Of a stretch of DNA of 64,000 bases, positions 52,607 through 64,000 are shown in pieces; the first letter of the stretch is position 1; each line of letters starts with the position of its first letter. The position numbers and the translations under genes are program-made. Origin of the DNA: Podarcis bocagei (taxonomy: Eukaryota); the NCBI GenBank assembly GCA_964188305.1, contig OZ076888.1; one strand, 5' to 3'. Below the pieces are notes generated by a model, which worked only from the letters and a program-made list of their open reading frames with translations, made no database searches and was not told the DNA's origin.

Positions 52607-53350
52607 TACATGGACATAGCTAGATGATAGATAGATAGATAGAGGATAGATGATCAATAGATAGCAACCCAGCTAGAATAGTGGTCCCCCGTAAAACCAC
52701 ATTAAAAAAATCACTGGAATACCTAAATGCTTCTGACATGAATGCAAATGCACTCTGAATTATGCATGGTGATGCATCGCAATTGTGGATTTACCCAAAA
52801 TGCATTGGTGCATCCTTCTATTTGTGCATGACCTTTTGGTGGTCAGGGTGGTCATATATATTCTGTCAGGGATAAAAGAAATAGGTATTGCATGCATACT
52901 AATCCAGGGAAATCAGGAAACAGGAACCACTGCCAAGGGGAATGCAGCGAACGTACGTAGACAGTACCTTAATGATGAATGAAGTCCCAAGGATTGAAAA
53001 GGGAGCAGGGGACCAAAGGAGAGTCATACCAGGTAATAAGGTGACTTTCACCCAGCATGTAGAACAGAAACAGAATTTTCTATACCAAGTACCAAAATAA
53101 ACCTGTAAGAATGTTTGAGACCATAGATGTGCAGAAGACATCCACCCACACTCTTTTAGAAGTTACCAGAAAATCCACAGTTTCATTAAAAAAAAAAAAT
53201 CTTTGCTTGACTGCAGCACTTAAATCTAGTTGTAACAAAGCAGTCCTTCGGAGATCTGGAGCAAATGTCTGAGTGCTACATATTATCACACACACAACAC
53301 TCTTTTTCCACTTTAATAGTCATGGCTTCCCCCAAAGATTCCCGTGAACC

Positions 53351-53848
53351 TTTCCTGTACAGGGATGCCTTCATATATCTTCTAAAGGTTGTATAGCTAG
53401 TCATCTCCTTGGATTGAGGATCACATAACTCCATCCACGCCAACATTTCTCCAATGAAAATAGGGATGTCCTACCATACCTTCCAACATTTCTCTGATGA
53501 AAATAGTGACGTCCTGCCAACCTAGCAGTTCGAAAGCATGCCAGTGCAAGTAGTTAAATAGGTACTGCTCCGGCGGGAAGGCGTTTCCGTGCGCTGCTCT
53601 GGTTCGCCAGAAGCTACTTAGTCATGCTGGCCACATGACCCGGAAGCTGTACACCGGCTCCCTCGGCCAATAAAGCGAGATGAGCGCCGCAACCCCAAAG
53701 TTGTCCACGACTGGACCTAATGGTCAGGGGTCCCTTTACCTTTAAGGAAAAAAAGTGAGAGAGAGACATTCCAGGATCAAATCACAAACCGGGATGCTTT
53801 CTGTAAATCTGGGACTGTCCCTGGAAAATAGGGACACTTGGAGGGTCT
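53351..53848 (-). mobile_element. Composite repeat (agaccctccaag head plus L2-derived segment), copy 2
   Basis: Reverse-complement homolog of 56861-57075; interrupted by a Sauria SINE. Confidence 0.7.
53512..53743 (+). mobile_element. 5'-truncated Sauria SINE
   Basis: cctgccaacctagcagttcgaaagc...ggggtccctttaccttt. Confidence 0.9.
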
Positions 53849-55116
53849 ATAGTTTGTAAAGGGTGCTGAGACTTGTTAGAGCATGAATAAACTACAGCTC
53901 CCACAATTCTTTGAGGGAAGCCATGACTGTTAAAGGGGTACAAGCGTGCTTTCTATGTATGCTGTGGATTTCCTTCCTAACCCTTGTTCCATTCAAACCT
54001 GTCTTTAAACATTCATTAACAACCAGTGCTCTACAACTCTGAAGTCTTAAGGGTAAAGTAAAGAGCAATATCTTTATATAAAGGAAAAGAACAATTGCAG
54101 CTAGGTGTTCACTGGAGATGAGCCAAACCTTAATTAGCTGTAACAGATTGAAAGAACCGTGACAAATTTGAAACAGTGGCTTACTTCTGCTAACTCAAAT
54201 TACTTCTTGACCTGAGGACGTTAACTTAAGCTGAGCTCTCCTAGGTGTCATAATGACAATTTAATATATATTTGTGCCATCAGACAAAGACTGATTAGAA
54301 GGGAGAACTGCTCTGATAGCACCCTTAGAGGACCAGGTAGAATAGCTTAATGTGGCTTATTAAAAAAGGGAAGACTACTGATATTATCCTTAAATAGGGG
54401 GAACAAAGAACACCCAGCAGGAAGCTAGACGCAGGTTCCAAGAACAGGAAAAAAGAAAGAAAGAGGAAACTCAGCAAGAGCAATGTGTTAGTAATTGAAA
54501 ATTTCCCTCTCTGGAAAAGAACGTCACACTGAGATCTAAATGACATAACCTCAAGGATACATTGAACTCTCAATTAGCATACTTTCTCTGACCCCCATTC
54601 ACTTTTTTAAAAAAGAGTAAAATAAAATATATTCACTGCCATCCAAAAGTGCCAGGGACATGGACAATCAATGCAGCCAAGCCTTCATTTCAGCCTAGGT
54701 CTCAAGCCTTAGGTTCACCTTAGGTTTAATTTGTTTCATTAAGCATTTATGCATCATTCATAAAAGTGTTAAGTCCTTTACAATCTGTATTTCATTCTTC
54801 CCAACTAAAAATTTGCATGATAGGTGGTGATGGTGGTGGTTAGGATCCGGACAATCAGTATCTTATCCAACCCCACCCACTGGGTTGACGGGTTAACTGA
54901 TATTTGAACCCAGGACTCCTGGGTTTGATATCTTGTGCCCCAGACAGGGCAGGGAAGTGCAGAAAACTTTCTTTCCATCAATTTTCTTAACTTAGGATCC
55001 AAGACACATTCCCAGTATTCCCAAAACAGTCATTGAAGAGGAATAAAAATGATAGTAATGGAATGTTCTTGCCCATGCATATCAGTGGGACTCCAAATAC
55101 AAATAACTTTATTGTA

Positions 55117-55358
55117 CAGTGGTACCTTGGGTTAAGAACTTAATTCGTTCTGGAGGTTCGTTCTTAACCTGAAACTGTTCTTAACCTGAGGTACCACTTT
55201 AACTAATGGGGCCTCCCGCTGCTGCCGCGCTGCCTCCACACAATTTCTGTTTTCATCCTGAAGCAAAGTTCTTAACCCGAGGAACTATTTCTGGGTTAGC
55301 AGAGTCTGTAATCTGAAGTGTCTATAACCTGAAGCGTCTGTAACCCGAGTTACCACTG
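55117..55358. mobile_element. Tigger/pogo-like MITE
   Basis: TA cagtggtacc...taccactg TA. Confidence 0.92.
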
Positions 55359-55892
55359 TACTAGTTATTGGCTATGATGAATCTGAATCAAAAATAAATA
55401 CAAGCAAAAGGGGTGTCACACCACAAATAATGGTCTCTATTAAGATCTCTGTGTCTCCCTTTCAGTACACTGCTATATTATCCAGGGTCTTCTTTCTGAT
55501 CTCTTTGGCTAACAAAGCAAAAAGGGTGAGTTTATGAGTCACTGAAGCATTTACACCACTCAGAAGCTATGGGGGGGGGAGAGAGACATATTTCCTATAA
55601 GGTGAGAAATCACCTCCTGGGTCCAATGTATAGTGGTCAATACAGTAAACAATGTCTTCCATATCAGTGGGACCTGGGGTGAACTTTGGTCTTTCTAATT
55701 TCAGCAGCACTCTTTGCAAGGCCAAAATTCCTCTCCCTGACCTCTTGCCTTCTGTTCTGCTCAATTCACTAGGTTATAGTTGCTCCACCCAGTGGCATCC
55801 CCTGGCCTTGGTGCCCAGTGTGGCATCCAGTCACTTGTTTCTTTTCTTTTTGGTAAGGTATATGCAGTCAGAATCTGGATATTCACTGCCTA

Positions 55893-56330
55893 ATACCAAC
55901 AACAATTTATTTGCACCCTGCCCATCTGGCTTGGTTGCCCCAGCCACTCTGGGTGGCTTCCAGCATAGATAAAAAAAATAGTAAAACATTAAACCTTAAA
56001 AAGCTTCCCTATACAGGGCTGCCTTCAGATGTTTCCTAAATGTTATATAATTACTCATATGCTTGATATCTGCTGGGAGGGTGTTCCACAGGGTGGGCAC
56101 CACTACCGAGAAGGCTCTCTGCCTGGTTCCCTGAAGCTCCACTTCTCACAATGTGGGAACTACCAGAAGGCCCTCAGTCCTGGATCTCCATGTCTGAGAT
56201 GAACGATGTGGGTGGAGACACTCCTTCAGGTATTTAGAGCTGGTGCCATTTAGGTTTTTAAAGGTCAGCACCATGGACAGCTGTGAGTCCAAAATGACTC
56301 CCAAGCTGCACACCCGGTTCTTCACACAGA
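55893..56330 (-). mobile_element. L2 3' fragment with an internal deletion near 56272
   Basis: VCSLGVILDSQLSM is joined directly to VLTFK; these motifs are about 95 codons apart in the 9306 ORF. Confidence 0.8.
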
Positions 56331-56860
56331 TCATTTTTTTTTTCTGTATGTATGTATAAATTAAAAATGCAGACCATATTTGTTAATGGGGTAGGTACGG
56401 TATTTTATTTCTCAATGTGAAATCTTGGTTGTTGTCTTATACAATGGGAAATCACTATTATTATTTTTAAGGGGGAGGAGAATTCTAGAAATAAACTTCG
56501 GGGCAAGTTTAGTGAGCCCATCGGGAGTTTTTAAATCTTTTACAAGACTTAGCTCTGTATCAAATTGTCTTATAAAGTATACACTCCTGAATGGAGCGGT
56601 GCAATTGATACAGCAACTATTGTTGGTAATTTGTACAAGTTGAGGGCCCAATGGCCCAGTGAAAAGTCCATCTATGGCCCCTTACTTGTGTAGATTTCTT
56701 TCTATGATATGTTCTACCTTAGCACATATATACCTTGTTTCAATAGATACTGAGACTTTTCTCACAAGGGCAATAAATGCCTTGTTAGAATAACCACATA
56801 CCTTTATATTCTGTTGCCTTTCAGCAGGGTGGCACCTGAAGTGAAATGCCCCACTGGCAC

Positions 56861-57503
56861 AGACCCTCCAAGTCTCTCTGTTCTCTAGGAACATTCCCAG
56901 ATTTATGGAAGCCATCGCAGTTTCTGATTTGATGCTGGAATGTCCTGCTTTTCCTTAGGACGTACCTATTTTCATTGGAGAAATGTTGGAGGGTGTGGAG
57001 TTATGCAACCCTCGAGCCAAGGAGATAAATAACTATACAACCTTTAGAAGACATCTGAAGGCAGCCCTGTATAGAGATGGGGTTGTTTTTTTTAATGTTT
57101 AATGTTTTATTATGTTTTTATATTCAGTGGTACCTCGGGTTACAGATGCTTCAGGTTACAGACTCTGCTAACCCAGAAATAGTACCTTAGGTTAAGAACT
57201 TTGCTTCAGGATGAGAACATAAATCGTGCGGCACTGGCGTGGCGGCAGTGGGAGGCCCCTTTAGCTAAAGTGGTACCTCAGGTTAAGAACAGTTTCGGGT
57301 TTAGAACGGACCTCCAGAATGAATTAAGTTCTTAACCCGAGGTACCACTGTATACTGGAAGTTGCTCAGAACTGCTGGGACAACCCAGTCAGATGGGTTG
57401 TATGTATGTATGTATGTATGTATGTATGTATGTATGTGTACAGTAAGGAAGTAAGTAAGTAAGTAATAAAAAGTAAATAGGATGTCCCTATTTTCAGTGG
57501 TAT
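56861..57503 (+). mobile_element. Composite repeat (head, L2 3' end, repeated head motif), copy 1
   Basis: agaccctccaag...ggagaaatgttggagggt head; L2 tail 57020-57398; aggatgtccctattttca motif recurs at 57479. Confidence 0.7.
57125..57350. mobile_element. Tigger/pogo-like MITE nested in an L2 tail
   Basis: cagtggtacctcgggtt...gaggtaccactg followed by TA. Confidence 0.92.
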
Positions 57504-58676
57504 GCTGGCACGCCTGCAATGGGGTGTGAACTGCATAAGGAGTCTCCTGTGCTGGATGCCAGATTGATTGAATGAATCTTTATTTGCGTCAGCCATCAGC
57601 CACAGCAATAAAACAACAATACGACACACAAAGCCTGTGCTGGATGAGGGGAGAGATGCTTTGTGGGCTCCCCCCTCCTGCCTAGCAGTGGGACTGTGCA
57701 TCGTCTCCTCCCTTCAGGAGATGCTTATACCCCTGTCATACCACCAGGCGGAGGGGAGATTCCTGACCTGCCAGCCAAGAGGCAAAGCTACGTGGCAGAA
57801 TGCCTCCCCTCTCACTGACTTGGCAAGATGGGAGGCATTCAACAGAGCTTTCCCCCCAGTCCCTCTCGGTCCCTTGAGACCAAGAGCAAAACTGGGCAGT
57901 GGAAGGGGTTTACAATCATTTGGGGTGTCCCCTGAGGCAGCCCCCTCACCCAGCCTCATGAGTGAGCCAGCTGTGCCTTTCAGCGGCTTTCTTGCGTTTT
58001 CTTTCAGCCTCGGACTGCGTATATACCCCGCCACCATTTCTTTGATAGCTTTCCTGCATCCATGCTATTTTTGAAACATGTGGGGTGCCGGCATATGTTG
58101 GCACGCAGCAACTACTTCAGCTAAGAGTGGGCTAATTACAGAAAGTGCATCTATCATCCTTGGGCTGGTACAAAAATAGCAAGAAAACAAAGGAAACTGT
58201 CTATTTCGCTGCCCTTTCTCGGTTCATAAAGAGACGGCAGTTAACCACGGAAGTCTTTTGCTTCATGCAGCTACAATTGTGGCTGTTTCAAAATCACATT
58301 AAGAATGCAGTTCAGTACATTTCATTGTAAAGACAAATGTTCCGGAGATTTCTGAAGCAGGTGAATGTGAGAGAGGGGAGACAAGATGATTGTAGTTGTG
58401 GGCTCAGCAGAATGGGCCGGATCCAGACTTAATTGTGCTTAGAGCAAACCCAAGGAAATCAGTAGGATATTAATTAGTCGTAACTAACTTAAGTTCAATT
58501 TATTTCCATGGGTCCCCTATAAAATAAGCCTGGTTCCAACTCTAAGGTTTGAAGGTCTGCTTTTGGATATATTCAATATTAAACTGAAAAGACAGCAGTG
58601 GTTTCTACATGCATTTGCAGTGGTTATTTTCCTTTTTTTAAATTCATAATATAGATAGTAAGACTATGAATATAGA

Positions 58677-59280
58677 AAGTGCCCTTTTTTCAAGAAAATT
58701 GGTGCCAGAACTCACCATGAAATTGTTACAGTAAGTCACTGGGCGACTTGGGGCAGCCCTGAGCAGATGTTGTTTGGACAACAGCCATGTTCACCACCTG
58801 TAGAGATGCTAAAAACTTCAGCAAGCTGTCTCCCTAGCTGGTTTGGGAGTTATCCCTGGTTGTGGTGCAGGTCAAATAAATGTGTCCCCCCTTCCCTTGT
58901 TCTCTAGGGCAGATCAGAAGAGCCCTCGGGCAAACTCATGCAGATGCAATGGTAGAGGTCTGGCTGGAAAGATTAAGGTCTGCTGCCGCTACATGGGAGA
59001 TGGATTCAAGAAAAAGAAATGGGAATTGGCCCCATCCTGAAGCTTGTGGCTAGGAGCAGCTAGGAGCACTTTGGAGCAAGGTGAAGTCATAGACTTTTTC
59101 TTTTTTAAAGTAGACTCGCACATGCTGGCCAGCTTCTGTTTTGAATTGAAAGGTTCATTTGGGGCTTCTCAGGAGTACATAAAGCCAAAAAGCAGGTGGG
59201 AAGACAGCCGGCCTGCAATGGGGCCTACCTGAGGTGCCGAAACTGCACTCCAGAGTGCTCTGGCTGGAAAAAAAGCACTG
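58677..59280. mobile_element. hAT-like element with a long internal segment
   Basis: Ends aagtgccctttttttc / gaaaaaaagcactg (same TIR type as 42398); subterminal ggtgccRRaact motif at both ends; TSD weak. Confidence 0.5.
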
Positions 59281-59625
59281 AATGTAAGTTAAACCAACAC
59301 TCACTGTTAAAATAAAGAGTTTTGAGTCTTTGGCATGCCTAAGCCTATTTAACTGAGCAAAAATGACCCAGGATGACTCAGCATTCTGAGCAGAAGTGAC
59401 TCAGTATGTGAAGACAATGAGTCCATCAGTAAGAAATACATGTGCTCTTCAGTCATAATCACATATAATCTGATACACGAAAGGCAGAGGGTTGCTCTGT
59501 TTGCTTGATCACATTGGCTGCCCTTTTTGGAACCTTTTCTAGCTCTAGTATTTAATTATTACTACTAATAATAATTATATTTATCAAATTTCTATACCAA
59601 CCTTCATCCGAAGAGCACAGTATAA

Positions 59626-59866
59626 CCAGGCAGAGGGCCTTCTTGGTAGTGGTGCCCACCCTGTGGAACGCCCTCCCATCAGATATCAAAGACATAAACA
59701 ACTATCTGACGTTTAGAAGACATCTGAAGGCGGCCCAGGTTAGGGAAGTTTTTAATGTTTGATGTTTTATTCTGCTTCTAATATTCTGTTGGGAGCCGCC
59801 CAGAGTGGCTGGGGAAACCCAGCCAGATGGGTGGGGTAGGTAGAAATAAATAAATAAATAAATAAC
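59626..59866 (+). mobile_element. L2 3' fragment
   Basis: accaggcagagggccttc...tggaacgccctccc, stem-loop and (TAAA)n tail. Confidence 0.9.
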
Positions 59867-59939
59867 AAAAAATGTATACCATGTTAACAACCCCCCTATT
59901 ATTATTTTTATTTTTATTATTATTTATTAAAATTTCCTT

Positions 59940-60110
59940 TTCTGAGTTGAGGCAGCCAGAACTGTGCACTGTATTCCAAATGTGGTTATACCATAGGCTG
60001 GTATAACAGCATTATGATGTTAACATTTTATTTTACTTTCCAACCCTTTCCTAGTGTTCCCTTTTCCTAGTGTTCCTAGTGTGGATTTTACCTTTTTCAC
60101 AGCTGCCATG
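59940..60110 (-). mobile_element. Degenerate CR1 internal fragment
   Basis: ccagaactgtgcactgtattccaaatgtgg is the minus-strand PHLEYSAQFW motif. Confidence 0.65.
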
Positions 60111-62369
60111 TCCCCTAAGTGCTATTGGTTCAGCAAGTCACATGGCATTTTTAATATACTCGAACTGGATTAGCAGAGACTCATTTCTGAAAATGGAAGC
60201 CCAGGTTGTAGGTCTACAGCCTCACATTGTCCTGGTTTTATCACCCCAATGCCTATATTTAAATTTTAAGTTGTGCCTTGTATAAATTGCCAGTGTTAGT
60301 TGCAAATTATTGGTTTTGGATGGACACTAACCAACTTTAGAATATCTCTACACAAATTCTGATCACCAAGGCTCGGTTCTCAGTCTAATTTATACATCAC
60401 GACTAGGTGTTTGTTAAGCCAAAACAGCAGGACTAGGGTCTGCTTAAGTAAATATGCTACATAAAAATAAAATCAAAAGCTCTATTGCTTTAACATCGGC
60501 CTATATACTACCTTGCTTTATTTGAGCTCTTGGTTGCACATTTTAGAACATGGTCCAACCTCCGTTGACCTCTGTGAGATGATGTTTTGTTACACTGCCT
60601 TTTATAACTCAGTGTTGGATGTAATGAGGCTTCACAGCAAAGTCAGCAATATTGAGATCGCTACAGCATTCACCAGAACGCTGCTTCATAGTGGCTTTGT
60701 GAATGTTTGGTCAATGCACTACTTAAAATTCTGCGGAAGTCCACAGTTGTCCTAGGGAGAGTATCGGTTTCTGTAGGTATTCCACATTTGGTAGAAGATA
60801 TATATAAAAAAAAGGAATGGGAGAGTCAGTGAGGAAATAGATGAAATGGAAAATTAAACTTCAGCGAGGCTTCTCAGTGTGAAGCTAATGGTAGGCCAAA
60901 TGCATGCTCTACAGAAGACAAAAATGCTGGGAAATTTGAATTCTTCGAACAGGACAACCTCTGTAGGGGAAATTAGTGGCCTTAGGGAATACTTTACAGG
61001 CGCACATTGGTGAAGGGATAGAAAGTTTATCTCTACTGCCAGCTTCCCAGTGAATAGACAAAGAAGGTGTTTTGTAAGACTCTACTCTGCCTGAGAGAGA
61101 CACGGGTTTTAATTAAAAGCAAATTCCTAAAAGCATTGAGCTTCAAGTGCATTCAATTTCTGCCTCTTTCACAGGAAAATCAAACAGTTTCAGATGTAGC
61201 ACTCTCCTCCTCCCAGATGAATCTTTTTAAGATATACTTTTCCAATCATGGCTAAGTGAATTGAAATGAAGTATCTTCCCCACTGCCCCATGAGTTCCTT
61301 TTGAAATGAAATATCCTAACTGAGTGTATATTATCTTTTACCAATCTGCAGGAAGTCAAGAATTCTGCCTCAGCCGCAAACCTAATCTGAATCGAAAGGG
61401 ATTTACTCCCTAGTAAATAACTCCTTGGGATTGCAGCATTGAAGCATTCAAAATGTGCAAAGAGAAAGGGTGGTAGCCAATTAAGATTTACTCAGAGTAG
61501 ATGCATTGAAATTAGCAACCATGAATATGTTAGGTCTATTACCCTCAATAGGTCTAACTGTGAGTAAAACATAGTTGAGTAATACTCATGGACTTTTAAA
61601 AGCACTTATTTTCAATCCTTCTCCCTTGCTAGCACCATACAATTTTTTTCTCTTCCACATTTTATGTTACCTTTATTCCTTCAATAAATAAGAAAAGAAA
61701 TTGCATTTATCAAAGGGGAGAGGAAATTCCGGTGAAATTCTCATGGCCAGAGTGCACAATTTTTGCTATAGTGAGGGACTGATAATTCTGACAGTTTCAG
61801 TTTCTCTCCACTTCTCAAATCTTAAACTGTGTTCTCCATATTTCCACTGCCATTTGATTTTAAAAATAAAAATCCTCATGAAAATTCATCAGCATATTAG
61901 TGTGAATTTTTCCAAACAAACCCATTTTGGGATGCAGATTGGAGTAACACAAATATTTTTGGAAACAATTTTCCCTAGCATAATAAACAACAACAACAAA
62001 AATAATCCTGAAACCAGTCCTCTCTTGCTCTAGACACCCTCTGAATATACAGATATTTACTAAATATTGACACAGTATTGTATTTTGGCATCCTGTAAAA
62101 GAGGCATGATCTCATTTGATCTATTATGATTAAAATGGAATTGTATAGGGCTTTGGGGTGGGTATTTTATGTTAACAAAGAATCCAAACTCTGTATCGGA
62201 TATCTGGTTATATGTAAAAACGAATACAAAATGGCCAAAATAACCTGGTCCCGATTTCTAAGAGTTTGTATAAATGTAACCTTATACTTAAGAAAGAAGG
62301 TGTTATTGGTATCATATTGAGTGATGCAGAAGGAAAACTTTAAGAAATGGGTTGTTTGCTGGACCTCAG

Positions 62370-62695
62370 TGTTATGTACTGAGTTGAATAGGATCCAAAA
62401 TGCAGCAGTCTGATTGGTCCTAGAACAATAGGATTCAGAATGCAGCAGTCTAATTGGTCCTAGAACAATGCAGCAGTATGATTGGTCCACAGGAGCCACC
62501 CAATCCAGCTCCAGGTGGAAGTGAATCCACAACCTCATTGGCCTACAGGAGAATCCCGGAATTAGCCAATCACGTGGAGCCCATTGTGTAAATAATGTAT
62601 ACAAAGCAGATATTTTGGGGAAACTTTCATTCCTCCTCACCACTATGAGCTGAATAAAGGGCATGAAATCCACTCTCAACTCTGAGTATATTTCA
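62370..62695 (+). mobile_element. Solo LTR, 326 bp
   Basis: TGTTATG...TTTCA ends; perfect 5-bp TSD CTCAG; repeated ATTGG/CCAAT boxes; AATAAA at 62653. Confidence 0.9.
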
Positions 62696-63506
62696 CTCAG
62701 TAACAAGCCAATCTCATCTTTCCATTAAGGGGATGTTTAAAGTTTGTGACTTTTCATCAGTAAGTAGGGGCTAATGGTTGTGTTGCCCTGGGAGAAAAAG
62801 AAAAAACGATTGATTTATAAATTTTTTTCCTGTTTCCCGACATGCCCCACAGAGAAAATGGACCTCATTCCCTCCTACTTTCCCCTTCACCTCCCTCCTC
62901 TTTTCCACTCTGCACACCAGCAGGCCAGTTAATGATGAGCCTTTCGATTCATCAATTATCCAAGGACATTGATCCACTAGTCATTTTCAGAAGGTGAGAT
63001 GATGCCCCTTGAGGCTGCAATTCCAAAACCAATTGCTTTATAGAAGTATTATTTTCAGACATGGGAAGCACATTTAGCACCAACTTACAACACTGGCCCC
63101 ACTTATAACTTAAAAATAAAATAAAATCCCATGGCACCATATCAAAGTCCATTTCAATTGCATTTAATGCTGAGGTTTGGGGGAAGAAAGTTGTGATGGG
63201 GAAAACTAACAGCAAATGCATATAAACAAATATGCTTGATGCCAGCTTAAAGGTTGATTTGCCAGCTTTGAGGAGCCTTATTTTCAAGGGTCCTGGGCAA
63301 TCCTCCATCTTCCTTTACCCTTCCCTAGCCAATGTGACTGTAGGTGGGATGAGGCCATGGGGTTGTATCTAATGTTAGTCATAATCAGACAAGACCAACT
63401 GAGGTCCATTGATTTCAGTGAGTCTACTCAGAGCACAACCTAGTTGAAGACAACCCTTAGTTTTATCAGAATATTTTTAGGATGGGCAGCGCTTGGACTG
63501 CCTTGT

Positions 63507-63692
63507 AAGTCAAACCTCCGTTTCCGAATGTCTCGGCTGCAGAACGTTTTGGAAGTCGAATAGCTTCTGAGGCGCGTTTCTCAATTTTCCCCATTGAACT
63601 TGCTGACAGCCCTTTGGTCCTTGGTTTTTGAACATTTCGGAAGTTGAAAAGACTTCCGGAACGGATTACGTTCGAAAACCGAGGTTCCACTG
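63507..63692. mobile_element. Tigger/pogo-like MITE (second family)
   Basis: aagtcaaacctccgtttccgaa...ttcgaaaaccgaggttccactg followed by TA. Confidence 0.7.
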
Positions 63693-64000
63693 TAATGGGA
63701 TCAGCAGGAATACAGATTCTAAAGCAGACTGTAACAGACTCATGGTCTGATCCGGCACATGATCTGCCTGGATCAAACCAGGTGAGTCTGAGTTTTGTGG
63801 AGTTTTGCTAAATTCCTGTTTGTGACATGCCAGCGACAGCTTCCATTAAAAAAAATGACAGCTTGTTTTAAGAAAAGGAACCATTGTAGTTAAATAAAAA
63901 TAGAAAGAGCAATACGGCAGGTGATGCTGGTGCTCTAAAAGCAGAGCAGGATTCCAAGGGTGGCAAGTCAAATAAGTTTTGGTCAGAGGAGACCCAATGA

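Noticed and set aside
57568-58074. 168-aa ORF
   Set aside because: TTG start, no recognisable domain or exon structure, GC-rich; probably chance or an unclassified repeat.

Overview
Eukaryotic (vertebrate) non-coding DNA. The repeat content (Sauria SINEs, (AAT)n-tailed L2 LINEs, tRNA/CORE SINEs) points to a squamate, probably a lacertid lizard; this is inferred from repeat families only. I could not recognise a host protein-coding gene, so the window looks like a large intron or a gene desert. The main annotated features are: a near-full-length single-ORF L2 LINE (9080-13198, minus; one frameshift, YADD changed to HADD; tandem 5' monomers; 31-bp 5' inversion), two L1-clade 3' ends with perfect TSDs, many L2 3' fragments, SINEs, hAT, Tc1-mariner and Harbinger MITEs (several nested), and six solo LTRs. 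The most interesting signals are: (1) two divergent ERV-like LTRs share an ENE-like U-rich internal-loop RNA structure and a long-range pairing onto their poly(A) signal; (2) three diverged Gypsy-like solo LTRs each carry, from the LTR start, remnants of the same acidic plus PSPRTRR-basic reading frame; (3) L2 3' stem-loops are capped by GNRA or cUUCGg tetraloops. All of this was read by eye; no searches were run.
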